A DNA stretch of 64,000 bases, from contig OZ245003.1 in assembly GCA_965223425.1 (NCBI GenBank), positions 32,001 through 96,000 on the forward strand. The letters are read 5' to 3'. This document shows positions 30,858-39,330 of this stretch, piece by piece. The stretch is from Nitrosopumilus sp. (GTDB lineage: Archaea; Thermoproteota; Nitrososphaeria; Nitrososphaerales; Nitrosopumilaceae). Each line of letters opens with the position of its first letter. Position 1 is the stretch's first letter. Both the position numbers and the translations under genes were made by a program. The notes below the pieces were generated by a model. It was not told the origin of the DNA. It made no database searches and saw nothing but the letters and a program-made list of their open reading frames with translations.

Positions 30858-31107
30858 CCCAGCACCACATTGGAGGGCGTAGGTAAAATCCTCGCCTTGC
30901 CGTTGATTCGAGGCAGAGAAAAACGCTCAAACTCCTTGTCGATATCTCTTCCAACGTTACTCTTACTTACCGCTGTAAACACTCTAGAAAATCGTAATTG
31001 CGTGTCTTTAATGGCCCGCAGATTCGCTCTTGACAATCTGCCAACACTGCCTGATTTTTGACCCCCTTTCTTAGAATCCCTGGCTGGGCCTTTTTTTTGA
31101 TTTAGTA

Positions 31108-31266
31108 TCAAAACTGCTTCATTCTCCGAATCAACCTATAGTACAGCTGGCGCACCGTGATTCTGTACCCCATGTCTTCATAATCCTCTACAATTTCTGC
31201 CATCTTGTCCAAAAGCTTCTGGCTTGAGCTCCGAAGTGACTTTGTGGCGTATGCTATCTTTGCCAT
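31108..31266 (-). CDS. 52-aa ORF resembling the N-terminal wHTH of mobile TopoVIA/Toprim-like proteins (probably truncated)
   Basis: MAKIAYATKSL...EIVEDYEDMGYRITVRQLYYRLI; stop overlaps the ART start (TTGA). Confidence 0.45.
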   Translation of the reverse strand: MAKIAYATKSLRSSSQKLLDKMAEIVEDYEDMGYRITVRQLYYRLIRRMKQF

Positions 31267-31273
31267 TAAACAA

Positions 31274-31290
31274 TACCGTAATTTACGGTA
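31274..31290. promoter_or_regulatory. Perfect inverted repeat, putative operator
   Basis: taccgtaa-t-ttacggta, 7 bp upstream of the ATG at 31266. Confidence 0.45.
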
Positions 31291-31454
31291 CTATCCTATA
31301 TGGGTTTTGGGGCAAAAAAAGGTCGGGATGATCATGTTCGAATCCGAACTCAAACGTAATTGTTGAATTCTAACCTCAACTTACCTCTGTACATGGCAAG
31401 GCCGGATTTAGACAGCAAAAATGGAGCTAATTTTGAGCTCGATAAAGTTGAGAG

Positions 31455-31528
31455 TGGGCCGAGAGAGATTCGAACTCACGATCACCGCCGTGTCGAGGCG
31501 GTATCCTAACCAGCTAGACTACCGGCCC
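31455..31528 (-). tRNA. tRNA-Val(GAC)
   Basis: GGGCCGG acceptor; CCGCC-TCGACAC-GGCGG anticodon arm; TTCGAAT T-loop. Confidence 0.92.
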
Positions 31529-31609
31529 ATTGAAAAACAAGACTAGATGCGGGATTATTAACGTTTAACAAAAGAAAGAAAGAATAAAAAGAAAGAATGC
31601 GTGAAGTAG

Positions 31610-32320
31610 TTGACAGAAAATTTTACTGAAGAAGAAAAAAGAGGTTTCTATAAAGCAATTTACTCAAGAAGAGATGTAAGATCTCATTTTATCTCAAACC
31701 CCATAGAAGATGATATTTTGTCAAAAATTCTACATGCCGCACATCATGCCCCATCAGTGGGATTTTCTCAACCCTGGAATTTTATTTTGATAAAAGATAT
31801 CGAGACGAAGAAGAAGATCAAAAAGTCTTTTGAAGAAGAAAAAGATCGCTCATCAAAATTAGTTGAGGAACCAAGGAGATCAAAATATCTCTCATTTAAG
31901 CTGGAAGGAATACTAGAATCTCCGGTAAATATTTGTGTAACATATGATCCTACAAAATTTGGTCCTTTTGTAATTGGCAGATCTAGCATTCCTGAAGCAG
32001 GACTATACAGTGTATGTTGTGCAATTCAAAATTTGTGGCTATCGGCAAGAACAGAAGGCGTAGGCCTTGGTTGGGTAAGTATTCTATCAAATGAAATTCT
32101 AAAAGAAACTTTGTCATTACCAGAACATGTTGTTCCTATCGCATACTTGTGTTTGGGATATGTTGATAAATTTGCAGAAAAGCCAGATCTTGAAACTTCT
32201 GGTTGGTTACCAAGGCTTGATCTAAAAGATGTCGTATATTTTGAAAAGTGGAATGATAAAGATAATAAAAATTGGGATGTTATTAGAGAGATGATTGAGG
32301 ATAATCTTGATTATGCTTAA
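31610..32320 (+). CDS. bluB: 5,6-dimethylbenzimidazole synthase (nitroreductase fold)
   Basis: RRDVRSHF, AHHAPSVGFSQPWNF, KLEGI, SVCCAIQNLWLSARTEGVGLGWVS, PDLETSGW. Confidence 0.93.
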   Translation: MTENFTEEEKRGFYKAIYSRRDVRSHFISNPIEDDILSKILHAAHHAPSVGFSQPWNFILIKDIETKKKIKKSFEEEKDRSSKLVEEPRRSKYLSFKLEGILESPVNICVTYDPTKFGPFVIGRSSIPEAGLYSVCCAIQNLWLSARTEGVGLGWVSILSNEILKETLSLPEHVVPIAYLCLGYVDKFAEKPDLETSGWLPRLDLKDVVYFEKWNDKDNKNWDVIREMIEDNLDYA

Positions 32321-32447
32321 ATAATTAACAGTAGTCAAATGTATACACTTAACATTAAATTTCTTTGATAAATTCTTCTTGTGATATATCTGCTTGAATT
32401 AAAATACTTTTGAGAGATCCTATATTAATTGGATTCTGTCTTCAGTA

Positions 32448-33541
32448 TACTGTCACTCAAATGTTCTTGAGGTCTAGGGACTTCCTACAGATAAACTTCA
32501 TTGCATCAAGCCCCGGCCGCGCAGTCCTGAAATACTCCGACATTGCGTGGCGCATCTGTCCCACTGTACCGTAATACTCAGAGACCAACACGTCGCGTTT
32601 TGACTGGTGCCAGTATTCCTCTGTAACGCTGAGCTCGGGAGTTGCAGTCGGAAGCCATATGACCTTGACGTTCTTGTTTCCCTTTAGGAATTTGCTTACA
32701 ATTATTCCCTTGTGCTGCGGCGCGTTGTCCATTATTATGGCCACCTTTCCAAAATGCCTTGCCAATTCCTTCAAGTATTGCAGTACGGTCTCCTTGTCGA
32801 ATTTGTCGTACGTCCGGAAGAACTGCCTGCCGTCAATCCCGATGGAGCCATACGCCACAACCCTGCCGTGCCGTCCCTTGTACGTCGTTATGATCGGCTG
32901 GCCCTCAGGCGACCAGTACTTTGCGCCGGATGTCGGGTCGTCGATGAAGATGGCCTCGTCAAATACCACGACGGCAAAACCCAGTTTTTTCAGGCGTGAA
33001 ATCTGCCTTTTTGCGCTGCGCTGCCATTTTTTGATCTCGTCGATCTCTGCCCTGTTGATGTGGATTCGCCGTACCGTCTTGGCAGTCAGGCCGAGTTTGC
33101 GCATTATCTTTCTGACGTTTGTGATGTGGTACTTTACGCCGTACTTTTTGCAGATGTCTTCTCTTAGCTGCATGGGAGCGATGATGCTGTCAGTCTTGTA
33201 TAACATCTTTTCAATCTTTTTGAGTTTGACCTTTGGCGGCCTTCCGCTCTTGGGAAGATCCCGGAGGGCGTCTATGCCGCCCTCCCTGAAGCGTTCCACC
33301 CAGAAGGAGACCCAGTTCGGGCACTGCATGAGCGAGTCTGCTACATGTTGAATGCTTTCATTGTTCATGCACACCATGTTTACTGCGGCCATCCTCTTGA
33401 CCACCTTGGGATCCCTCTCTTTCTTGTACGCCTTCCTGAGGTCTTCCGGTTTTGCTGCTGGCATTGTAATGCGTGGTACTAGGTGATCAAAATGTATTAC
33501 CATCTAACATGTTTGACCTCAAGAACTTTTGAGTGACAGTA
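32448..33541 (-). mobile_element. IS630-family element (copy 2, intact)
   Basis: TIRs tactgtcactcaaa(t/a)gttcttgag; TA duplication at 32446-47 and 33542-43. Confidence 0.92.
32457..33503 (-). CDS. IS630 transposase
   Basis: HTH, GRPPK, FDEA, MDNAPQH, PELSVTEEYW; likely start ATG at 33464. Confidence 0.92.
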   Translation of the reverse strand: MVIHFDHLVPRITMPAAKPEDLRKAYKKERDPKVVKRMAAVNMVCMNNESIQHVADSLMQCPNWVSFWVERFREGGIDALRDLPKSGRPPKVKLKKIEKMLYKTDSIIAPMQLREDICKKYGVKYHITNVRKIMRKLGLTAKTVRRIHINRAEIDEIKKWQRSAKRQISRLKKLGFAVVVFDEAIFIDDPTSGAKYWSPEGQPIITTYKGRHGRVVAYGSIGIDGRQFFRTYDKFDKETVLQYLKELARHFGKVAIIMDNAPQHKGIIVSKFLKGNKNVKVIWLPTATPELSVTEEYWHQSKRDVLVSEYYGTVGQMRHAMSEYFRTARPGLDAMKFICRKSLDLKNI

Positions 33542-33703
33542 TAGTTGGGATTGTACCGTTCCAAAACAGCCCACAAATCACCCGATAGGCGGTGGTCACC
33601 TGGCATACACACATGCTACAAACACGCAGATTATCCTGTTTAAAACACCGGCAAGTGTCACATGATATCTTTGTCTGCCCACCGTGCGACGCAGGTCTAT
33701 CCA

Positions 33704-34864
33704 TAGTAAGTATATAAAAAAACTGAATCATTTTGACAATTATTTTTGGCCAAAAGATCCAAGATCAGCCATACCGCACGCACCTACATGTACAAACAAA
33801 AAAAGAGACAGGTTGCAAGGGGAGCAAAATTTCTGCCAAACACCGGCCGTTGCAGACCTCAAAAAGGCATACAAAAAAGAGACTGATCCCAGAAGACGTG
33901 ACAGGCTGCTTGCGTACATGCAGCGCAAGGACGGCGTGCCGCTAGACAAGATCGGAGGGATGCTAGGAAGGCCCAGGTCAACCATATCTGCATGGCTCAA
34001 CCGCGCACAAGACGAGGGAATGCGCGCAAGATTCGAGCGCAGCGGTAGGGGACGAAAGCACCTGCTAGACGGGCCGCAGGCAAAACAGCTTGCAGCAGAC
34101 CTGGATGCAGGCCCGGAGTCATGCGGCTTTGAGAGCAGCTTGTGGGATTCCAACCTAGTAAGGCTGCACATCAAGAGAAAGTTTGGCGTGCAGTACAGCA
34201 AGACAGGCGTGCTGCAGCTGATCAGGGAGACGGGCTTTTCGTGGAGCAAGGCGCGTCCAAAAAACCCAAGATCAGCCTCAAAAAAAAGAGCAAAAAAAGT
34301 TTCAGGAGCGGGCAAAAAAACCCGTTGCAGAAAAGTCGGCGCAGGGATACGCCGTACTGGCCGGCGATGCATCCTCGATTCAAAAGGCATCAAACAGGCC
34401 CGGCTACGGATGGAGAAGGCGCGGCAAGCGCGCCACATCCACCCCCCCACTCTGTTTTGTCACGCAAGAGAAGATACATCTTTGGAGTCCTGTCAGCAAG
34501 CGCATTTTACTTTATGTCTTATGAAGAGTCAAACAGCGACAGCTTTTGCAGCTTTTTGGAACGGGTTCACAAAAGATTTGGCAGGGTGGTGGTGGTGCTG
34601 TTTGTAGACAATGCGTCATATCACAAATCCAAAAGGGTAAAGGAGTTTCTGGAAAAATACAATGACGGGATAGTTCTGGAGTACCTGCTGCCGTACACGC
34701 CGGAGCTTAATCCCATTGAGACGCAGTGGATGGTGATAAAACGGGTACTGTCTGCAAAGGTGTTTGGCACGCTAGGTGGGATGGAGCAGTCAGTACGTCG
34801 TATGCTGTTTGCCAGAAAGGAGATTCTGCCTGTGAAAATGTTCAGTTATTTAATGTGCTAACTA
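33704..34864 (+). mobile_element. IS630-family element (distinct type) with frameshifted transposase
   Basis: Imperfect TIRs tagtaagtatataaaaaaactgaa and tagttagcacattaaataactgaa; HTH part in ORF 33684, LAGDASS in a third frame, DNASYH and PYTPELNPIE in ORF 34142. Confidence 0.85.
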
Positions 34865-35002
34865 TAGTTTGCAAGGAATGTTTATAAAGAATTCACATGG
34901 ATATGCATAAAGTCTACTGATGACTAGCGGACCGACTTTCCATATATTACATATTAGGAATTATAGGTAATTATTTAAATATCTCTGAGGAATAAATAAT
35001 CC

Positions 35003-35188
35003 ATGGGGAAATCAAGTGCCCCGTTTTTGACAAGAGTAGCAAAGGCCAACACTTCAGACTCGTTAAGAACTACTATACCAAAAGAAATCGTTAGAGAATT
35101 TGATCTTAATGCACATGATGTTTTGGTCTGGCAAGTGAATAAGAAAACCAATGAATTTATTATAAAAAAATGGAGTGGCAAAACATGA
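35003..35188 (+). CDS. AbrB/MazE-family small DNA-binding protein
   Basis: SLRTTIPKEIVREFDLNAHDVLVW; stop overlaps the MTase start (ATGA). Confidence 0.85.
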   Translation: MGKSSAPFLTRVAKANTSDSLRTTIPKEIVREFDLNAHDVLVWQVNKKTNEFIIKKWSGKT

Positions 35189-36294
35189 ATAGAATAATGA
35201 CCCATACACAAAAACGAAGATCTACAAGAACACCCGGAAAAAAATTAACAATCCAAACAATCCAGAATGTCTCAAATCCAACATCGATACATGGAATATA
35301 TCCATACCGTGGAAAAATATCTTCAATTGATGTAATAAATGTAATATCTCAGATGGCATCAGGTAAAAAATTATTAGATCCGTTTTGTGGGACTGGTACC
35401 ATAGTCTATGAAGCATACAAAAAAGGTCTTGATGTAGTGGGAGTAGATCCAAACCCCCTTGCTAGGATTATCACTAATGGTAAAATGAATCTTCGTTTTG
35501 TTAATAGTAAATCTATATATGTCGAAGTAGAGAAATTAATCAAAAAGACTCAAACTACTAATAAAAAAAATAAATGCCCCGCAAATATTAGATGGGCATT
35601 TCATAAAAAAACAATGCACCAGATAATGCAAATGGCTTCATTATATGATGAAATGTCTGATTACATAAAGGCGGTTTTTTGTGGAACTATTTGTTTGGCT
35701 GCACGAGGATGTAATCATTACAAGTGGACATCTACTGCTGTTGGAAAAAATATCACACCTAAAAGATATATTGATTTTTATGAAAAATTTAGAACAAAAT
35801 CAAAAAAACATTATTTGCCATTAAAAGATGATCACAGTGCAGAAATACATCAAAAAGATTCACGTATGTTGTCGAGTTTTATTAAACCAAAATCAATAGA
35901 TTATGTTTTTACTAGCCCACCATACTTTGATGCGTTAGATTACACAGCATATTATGCAAGATTTGTATTTCCAATTTTAGGAATTGATCGTGATTCAGTA
36001 AGAAAACAACTCGTACAATCTATCAAAACATACGAGGAAGATATGAAACTATGTCTCTCAGAGATAGAACAAGTTACAAAAGATGATGCCATGATAATTT
36101 TTGTTGTGGGTGACAAGAAAATTAAAAATAATATCATAAACGGTGGAGATTTTTTCTCAAAAATGTTTTCACATCGCCCAACAAAGATAATTGAACGAAG
36201 CTACAAAGGATCAGCCAGCAAAGTTTTTGATATATTAAATAAAACTAATCGAAAAGAACAGATCGTGATATGGGATAAATCAGAGTGGAGATAA
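35185..36294 (+). CDS. Amino-DNA methyltransferase (m4C/m6A), alpha-like motif order
   Basis: IHGIYPYRGK, LDPFCGTGT (motif I), later FTSPPY (motif IV). Confidence 0.9.
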   Translation: MNRIMTHTQKRRSTRTPGKKLTIQTIQNVSNPTSIHGIYPYRGKISSIDVINVISQMASGKKLLDPFCGTGTIVYEAYKKGLDVVGVDPNPLARIITNGKMNLRFVNSKSIYVEVEKLIKKTQTTNKKNKCPANIRWAFHKKTMHQIMQMASLYDEMSDYIKAVFCGTICLAARGCNHYKWTSTAVGKNITPKRYIDFYEKFRTKSKKHYLPLKDDHSAEIHQKDSRMLSSFIKPKSIDYVFTSPPYFDALDYTAYYARFVFPILGIDRDSVRKQLVQSIKTYEEDMKLCLSEIEQVTKDDAMIIFVVGDKKIKNNIINGGDFFSKMFSHRPTKIIERSYKGSASKVFDILNKTNRKEQIVIWDKSEWR

Positions 36295-37134
36295 TTGGCA
36301 GATTTTTTTATTAAAGATAGTACATTCATGGACGAAGTAAAAGATGCGTCAGTAAGCCTTATAATAACTAGTCCGCCATATTTTGATCTTAAAAACTATG
36401 ATCAAAAGAAAATGAATAAAAATCAAATCGGTTCATCTAAATCATATGATGATTATTTATCAAAACTGAACGCTGTGTGGAAAGAATGTGTTAGAGTTTT
36501 GATCCCAGATGGTAAATTATGCATAAACATCATGCCTCTTTTTTTATCAGGTCATGAAACTGAGTTTAAAAGAAGAGTTACAAAATTAATGATTACCGAT
36601 TTAGAAGACTTCATGGATTCCACAAAAAAAATGTTTACACATGCTTTATTTATTTGGGACAAGAGGAAAATCGTAAGATTTAGCTCATTTGGGAGTTATC
36701 CATACCCACCAAATATTTTTTCAACATTTCCCTTTGAATGGATCATAGTGTTTTCAAAAAAAGGAAAAAGGCCGAAAGTCACATCTAAAATAAAAAAGAA
36801 ATCAAAACTAACTACTAAAGAATGGCAGGATTGGGCAATCAATTCAGTATGGGAGATGAGCCCCGCAAAAGCAAAATCACTTGGCCATCCTGCACCATTT
36901 CCAGAGGAGTTGCCTCATAGATTAATCAAAATGTTTAGCTTTTATGGTGAAATTGTACTAGATCCATTCATGGGGACTGGGACTACTGCTCTGGCTACGG
37001 AGAAATTAGGAAGGCGTGCAATAGGATATGAAATTAATAACAAATATGTCAAAATTGCTAAAAAAAGATTACTTGAAATTTCTAATGAAGAACCTGTGAA
37101 GACGTCTTTATCTCGTTCGATAAAGGTTCTATGA
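36295..37134 (+). CDS. Amino-DNA methyltransferase (m4C/m6A), beta class
   Basis: ITSPPY, then HPAPFPEELP, VLDPFMGTGTT, IGYEIN. Confidence 0.93.
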   Translation: MADFFIKDSTFMDEVKDASVSLIITSPPYFDLKNYDQKKMNKNQIGSSKSYDDYLSKLNAVWKECVRVLIPDGKLCINIMPLFLSGHETEFKRRVTKLMITDLEDFMDSTKKMFTHALFIWDKRKIVRFSSFGSYPYPPNIFSTFPFEWIIVFSKKGKRPKVTSKIKKKSKLTTKEWQDWAINSVWEMSPAKAKSLGHPAPFPEELPHRLIKMFSFYGEIVLDPFMGTGTTALATEKLGRRAIGYEINNKYVKIAKKRLLEISNEEPVKTSLSRSIKVL

Positions 37135-38113
37135 CATATTTGCCATTATTTACTTTTACGACTCCAGCAGTTAGCAATCCAAGCACATCTGGAGAGTTAA
37201 ACACCTGAGGAAAGAATTTATCCCAACATATCTTTCTATCATTAATAATTCCGTTCATTGCAAGAATCCATATTGCATTTGCTGAAATGAATTTGATTTT
37301 ATGTTTTATGATATCCTTATAAAATTTTTCAGATTGATCTCCTATTTTTGTAGTACAATCCCTGTGTGAAGGAGGGAAGAGATGTGTTTCCTTTCCACCA
37401 ATGACTAGAAAAATATAAAAAATTAAATTAACTTTGTTGGCATCAAAATATTCACTGATCTGTCTTTCACATTCTTTAGCATATTCTGGAATCTTCTCTC
37501 TGTATCTCTCATCATCCATCATGGATAGAAAGTTTGTTTTTGTTTCAAAAATCAATACATTAGAATTGCTACGTATACACATATCTAATCTGTTAGGTCT
37601 TGAAGAATTTGGTGTGTCTATTTCTATCTCCGTTCCAATTATCGGATTATTATTTGAGCTTAAAAATTTGAGCATAGATGTAACCCACAATGCAATGTGT
37701 GTAGTTTCATCAGTGCACGTAAAACATTCTAAACTAAAAAAATTCCTTTGGAATCCGCCATATGTTGGAAGTTCAATTCTATTTCCTGTAAAGATACAAT
37801 CTATGTTTTGAATATTTCTAACTGTATCAGTTTGAGTAAATAATTGATTTAATAATTCTGTTTTTATTGGCTCATCAATAGTACGAAATGATTCTTTTGA
37901 GGTAATGCATGAAAGACAACCTATGCATTTTTTTTCATTGATAGTGATGACACCATCGTGAATTTCCAAAGCTTCTATGTCTGTACTACATGTAGGGTAT
38001 TCTCTATTTTGTTCAATATTATCAGATAAAAAATTTAAAAATTGTTTGTTGATGGGGCGGTTAGAATATCGTGGAATATTGAATCTAGATTCTAAGTAAT
38101 TACTGATGCTCAT
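37082..38113 (-). CDS. [4Fe-4S] ferredoxin-like domain fused to a PD-(D/E)xK nuclease (putative restriction subunit)
   Basis: TCSTDIEAL...INEKKCIGCLSC; GTEIEI...RLDMCIR...IFETK. Confidence 0.7.
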   Translation of the reverse strand: MSISNYLESRFNIPRYSNRPINKQFLNFLSDNIEQNREYPTCSTDIEALEIHDGVITINEKKCIGCLSCITSKESFRTIDEPIKTELLNQLFTQTDTVRNIQNIDCIFTGNRIELPTYGGFQRNFFSLECFTCTDETTHIALWVTSMLKFLSSNNNPIIGTEIEIDTPNSSRPNRLDMCIRSNSNVLIFETKTNFLSMMDDERYREKIPEYAKECERQISEYFDANKVNLIFYIFLVIGGKETHLFPPSHRDCTTKIGDQSEKFYKDIIKHKIKFISANAIWILAMNGIINDRKICWDKFFPQVFNSPDVLGLLTAGVVKVNNGKYVIEPLSNEIKTSSQVLH

Positions 38114-38114
38114 T

Positions 38115-39311
38115 TTATAACAGCTTTTCCGTTATTTCCTGCACTTTTGGTATTAATTCCGGTGGAGCACCTGTCTGAAGAACTTTCAAATTAATTTGAG
38201 TCAGAGGTTTTAAATTACCATTATTCGTTGTAAATGGAATACCTGCAATTCCTGCTATTTCTCTTTCTTTTTCCATTACTTCCAAAAATTTATTTTGATT
38301 GATTATAAAATCATTCGGATGTTCTGATAGCAAGTCGACAAATTTTCTAAAATTCATAGATTTATGTTCTTTAGCAATTTGTCCAAGACAATACACTAGA
38401 GCAAACCTTCGATTCTTAACTATACCATCATATTGCAATGACATACTTCGAGTTATTTGTTGTCCTCGTTCTCTTAATGATTTAACCGATTTTGTAAGCC
38501 CTGAATAATGTAGTGGTCGTTCAACTTTAGAAGTACCATCAAAAAGAGTTGGAGGTATTAAAATATCATAATTGTGATCAGGCCAGTTTTTTCTTTCTAC
38601 AAAGTCTCTCATTTCTACATGCCATTTTAGCATATTATTTGGTTTTTTGTAATTAGAAGGCATCACAAATCCGGCAGTCGTAGCCCAAGCAAATAATGCT
38701 GATCTTGTTCTTGTAAGGGTATCTTTCTTCGAACCGGTAGATAGTCTGACAAGTTCGCCTTCTGAAGATCTCATAGTTTCATCAGTGTTGGGAAATCCCA
38801 AACTAATTTTTGATTTTAATACTTTATTTGAACCATTTATACTCTTTTTTTGAATGCTGTGTAATAACCCAATAAACGGGCCATATTCCAAAACTGCTTT
38901 CCTAATAATCTTAAGCCACTCTTCTGAATCAAACTTACAACGTGCAAAACTTCTTCCCATATCCGTCAGTTCTAAATCATTTTCCGTCCTATTGATAAAC
39001 CCTAACCCATCTAATGCGTTAACAGCATCACTAGCTGATTTACTTTTTTGTGTATCTAGTTGAATGCTTTGTGTCAAATAACATTTTGCTTTACTTAATG
39101 GGTTGTCCAAATATGGGCATACTTCTGTTTCTAGTGAGGGTTTTTGTATTAAAAGATCACAAAAATCTGTAATGTTGGACTTCGATTCAGCATCATATTT
39201 TATATCCCTAATTGAAAATTTGCTTTGATTGAATTTCTTGTTTAATGTTTGTGTTAACGCATGAAGACAAATCAATCGCCCAGTTGGATTTCGATTTATT
39301 AAAATTGCCAT
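38115..39311 (-). CDS. Hypothetical protein, putative wHTH DNA-recognition subunit
   Basis: SASDAVNALDGLGFINRTENDLELTDMG wHTH wing and a second TRSALFAWATTAGFV segment; no clear PD-(D/E)xK motif. Confidence 0.6.
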   Translation of the reverse strand: MAILINRNPTGRLICLHALTQTLNKKFNQSKFSIRDIKYDAESKSNITDFCDLLIQKPSLETEVCPYLDNPLSKAKCYLTQSIQLDTQKSKSASDAVNALDGLGFINRTENDLELTDMGRSFARCKFDSEEWLKIIRKAVLEYGPFIGLLHSIQKKSINGSNKVLKSKISLGFPNTDETMRSSEGELVRLSTGSKKDTLTRTRSALFAWATTAGFVMPSNYKKPNNMLKWHVEMRDFVERKNWPDHNYDILIPPTLFDGTSKVERPLHYSGLTKSVKSLRERGQQITRSMSLQYDGIVKNRRFALVYCLGQIAKEHKSMNFRKFVDLLSEHPNDFIINQNKFLEVMEKEREIAGIAGIPFTTNNGNLKPLTQINLKVLQTGAPPELIPKVQEITEKLL

Positions 39312-39330
39312 CTAAAATCATATCATCATT

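Larger units (their letters stand above)
29131..31111 (-). pseudogene. R-S-E type ADP-ribosyltransferase interrupted by an IS5-family element
   Basis: Removing the IS and one TSD fuses ORFs 30782-31111 and 29131-29808 in frame (PSNVVLG-TDGIIIR; ~298 aa); motifs VYRG, FVSCS, ECEV. Confidence 0.72.
27372..31466. mobile_element. Degenerate integrative element at the tRNA-Val(GAC) 3' end
   Basis: 14-bp direct repeat agtgggccg(g/a)gaga at 27372-27385 and 31453-31466, the latter overlapping the tRNA 3' end; tyrosine integrase next to the distal repeat. Confidence 0.75.

Noticed and set aside
31320-31350. gttcgaatcc T-loop-like motif
   Set aside because: No acceptor, D or anticodon stems can be folded around it.
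33544-33703. GC-richer spacer between two IS630 elements
   Set aside because: Probably IS debris, but no TIR, TSD or coding signal could be assigned.
32659-34450. Long antisense ORFs (230 aa and 236 aa) and similar shadow ORFs over the ISs and core genes
   Set aside because: Reverse-frame shadows of clear genes; the GC-richer IS DNA has fewer stop codons.
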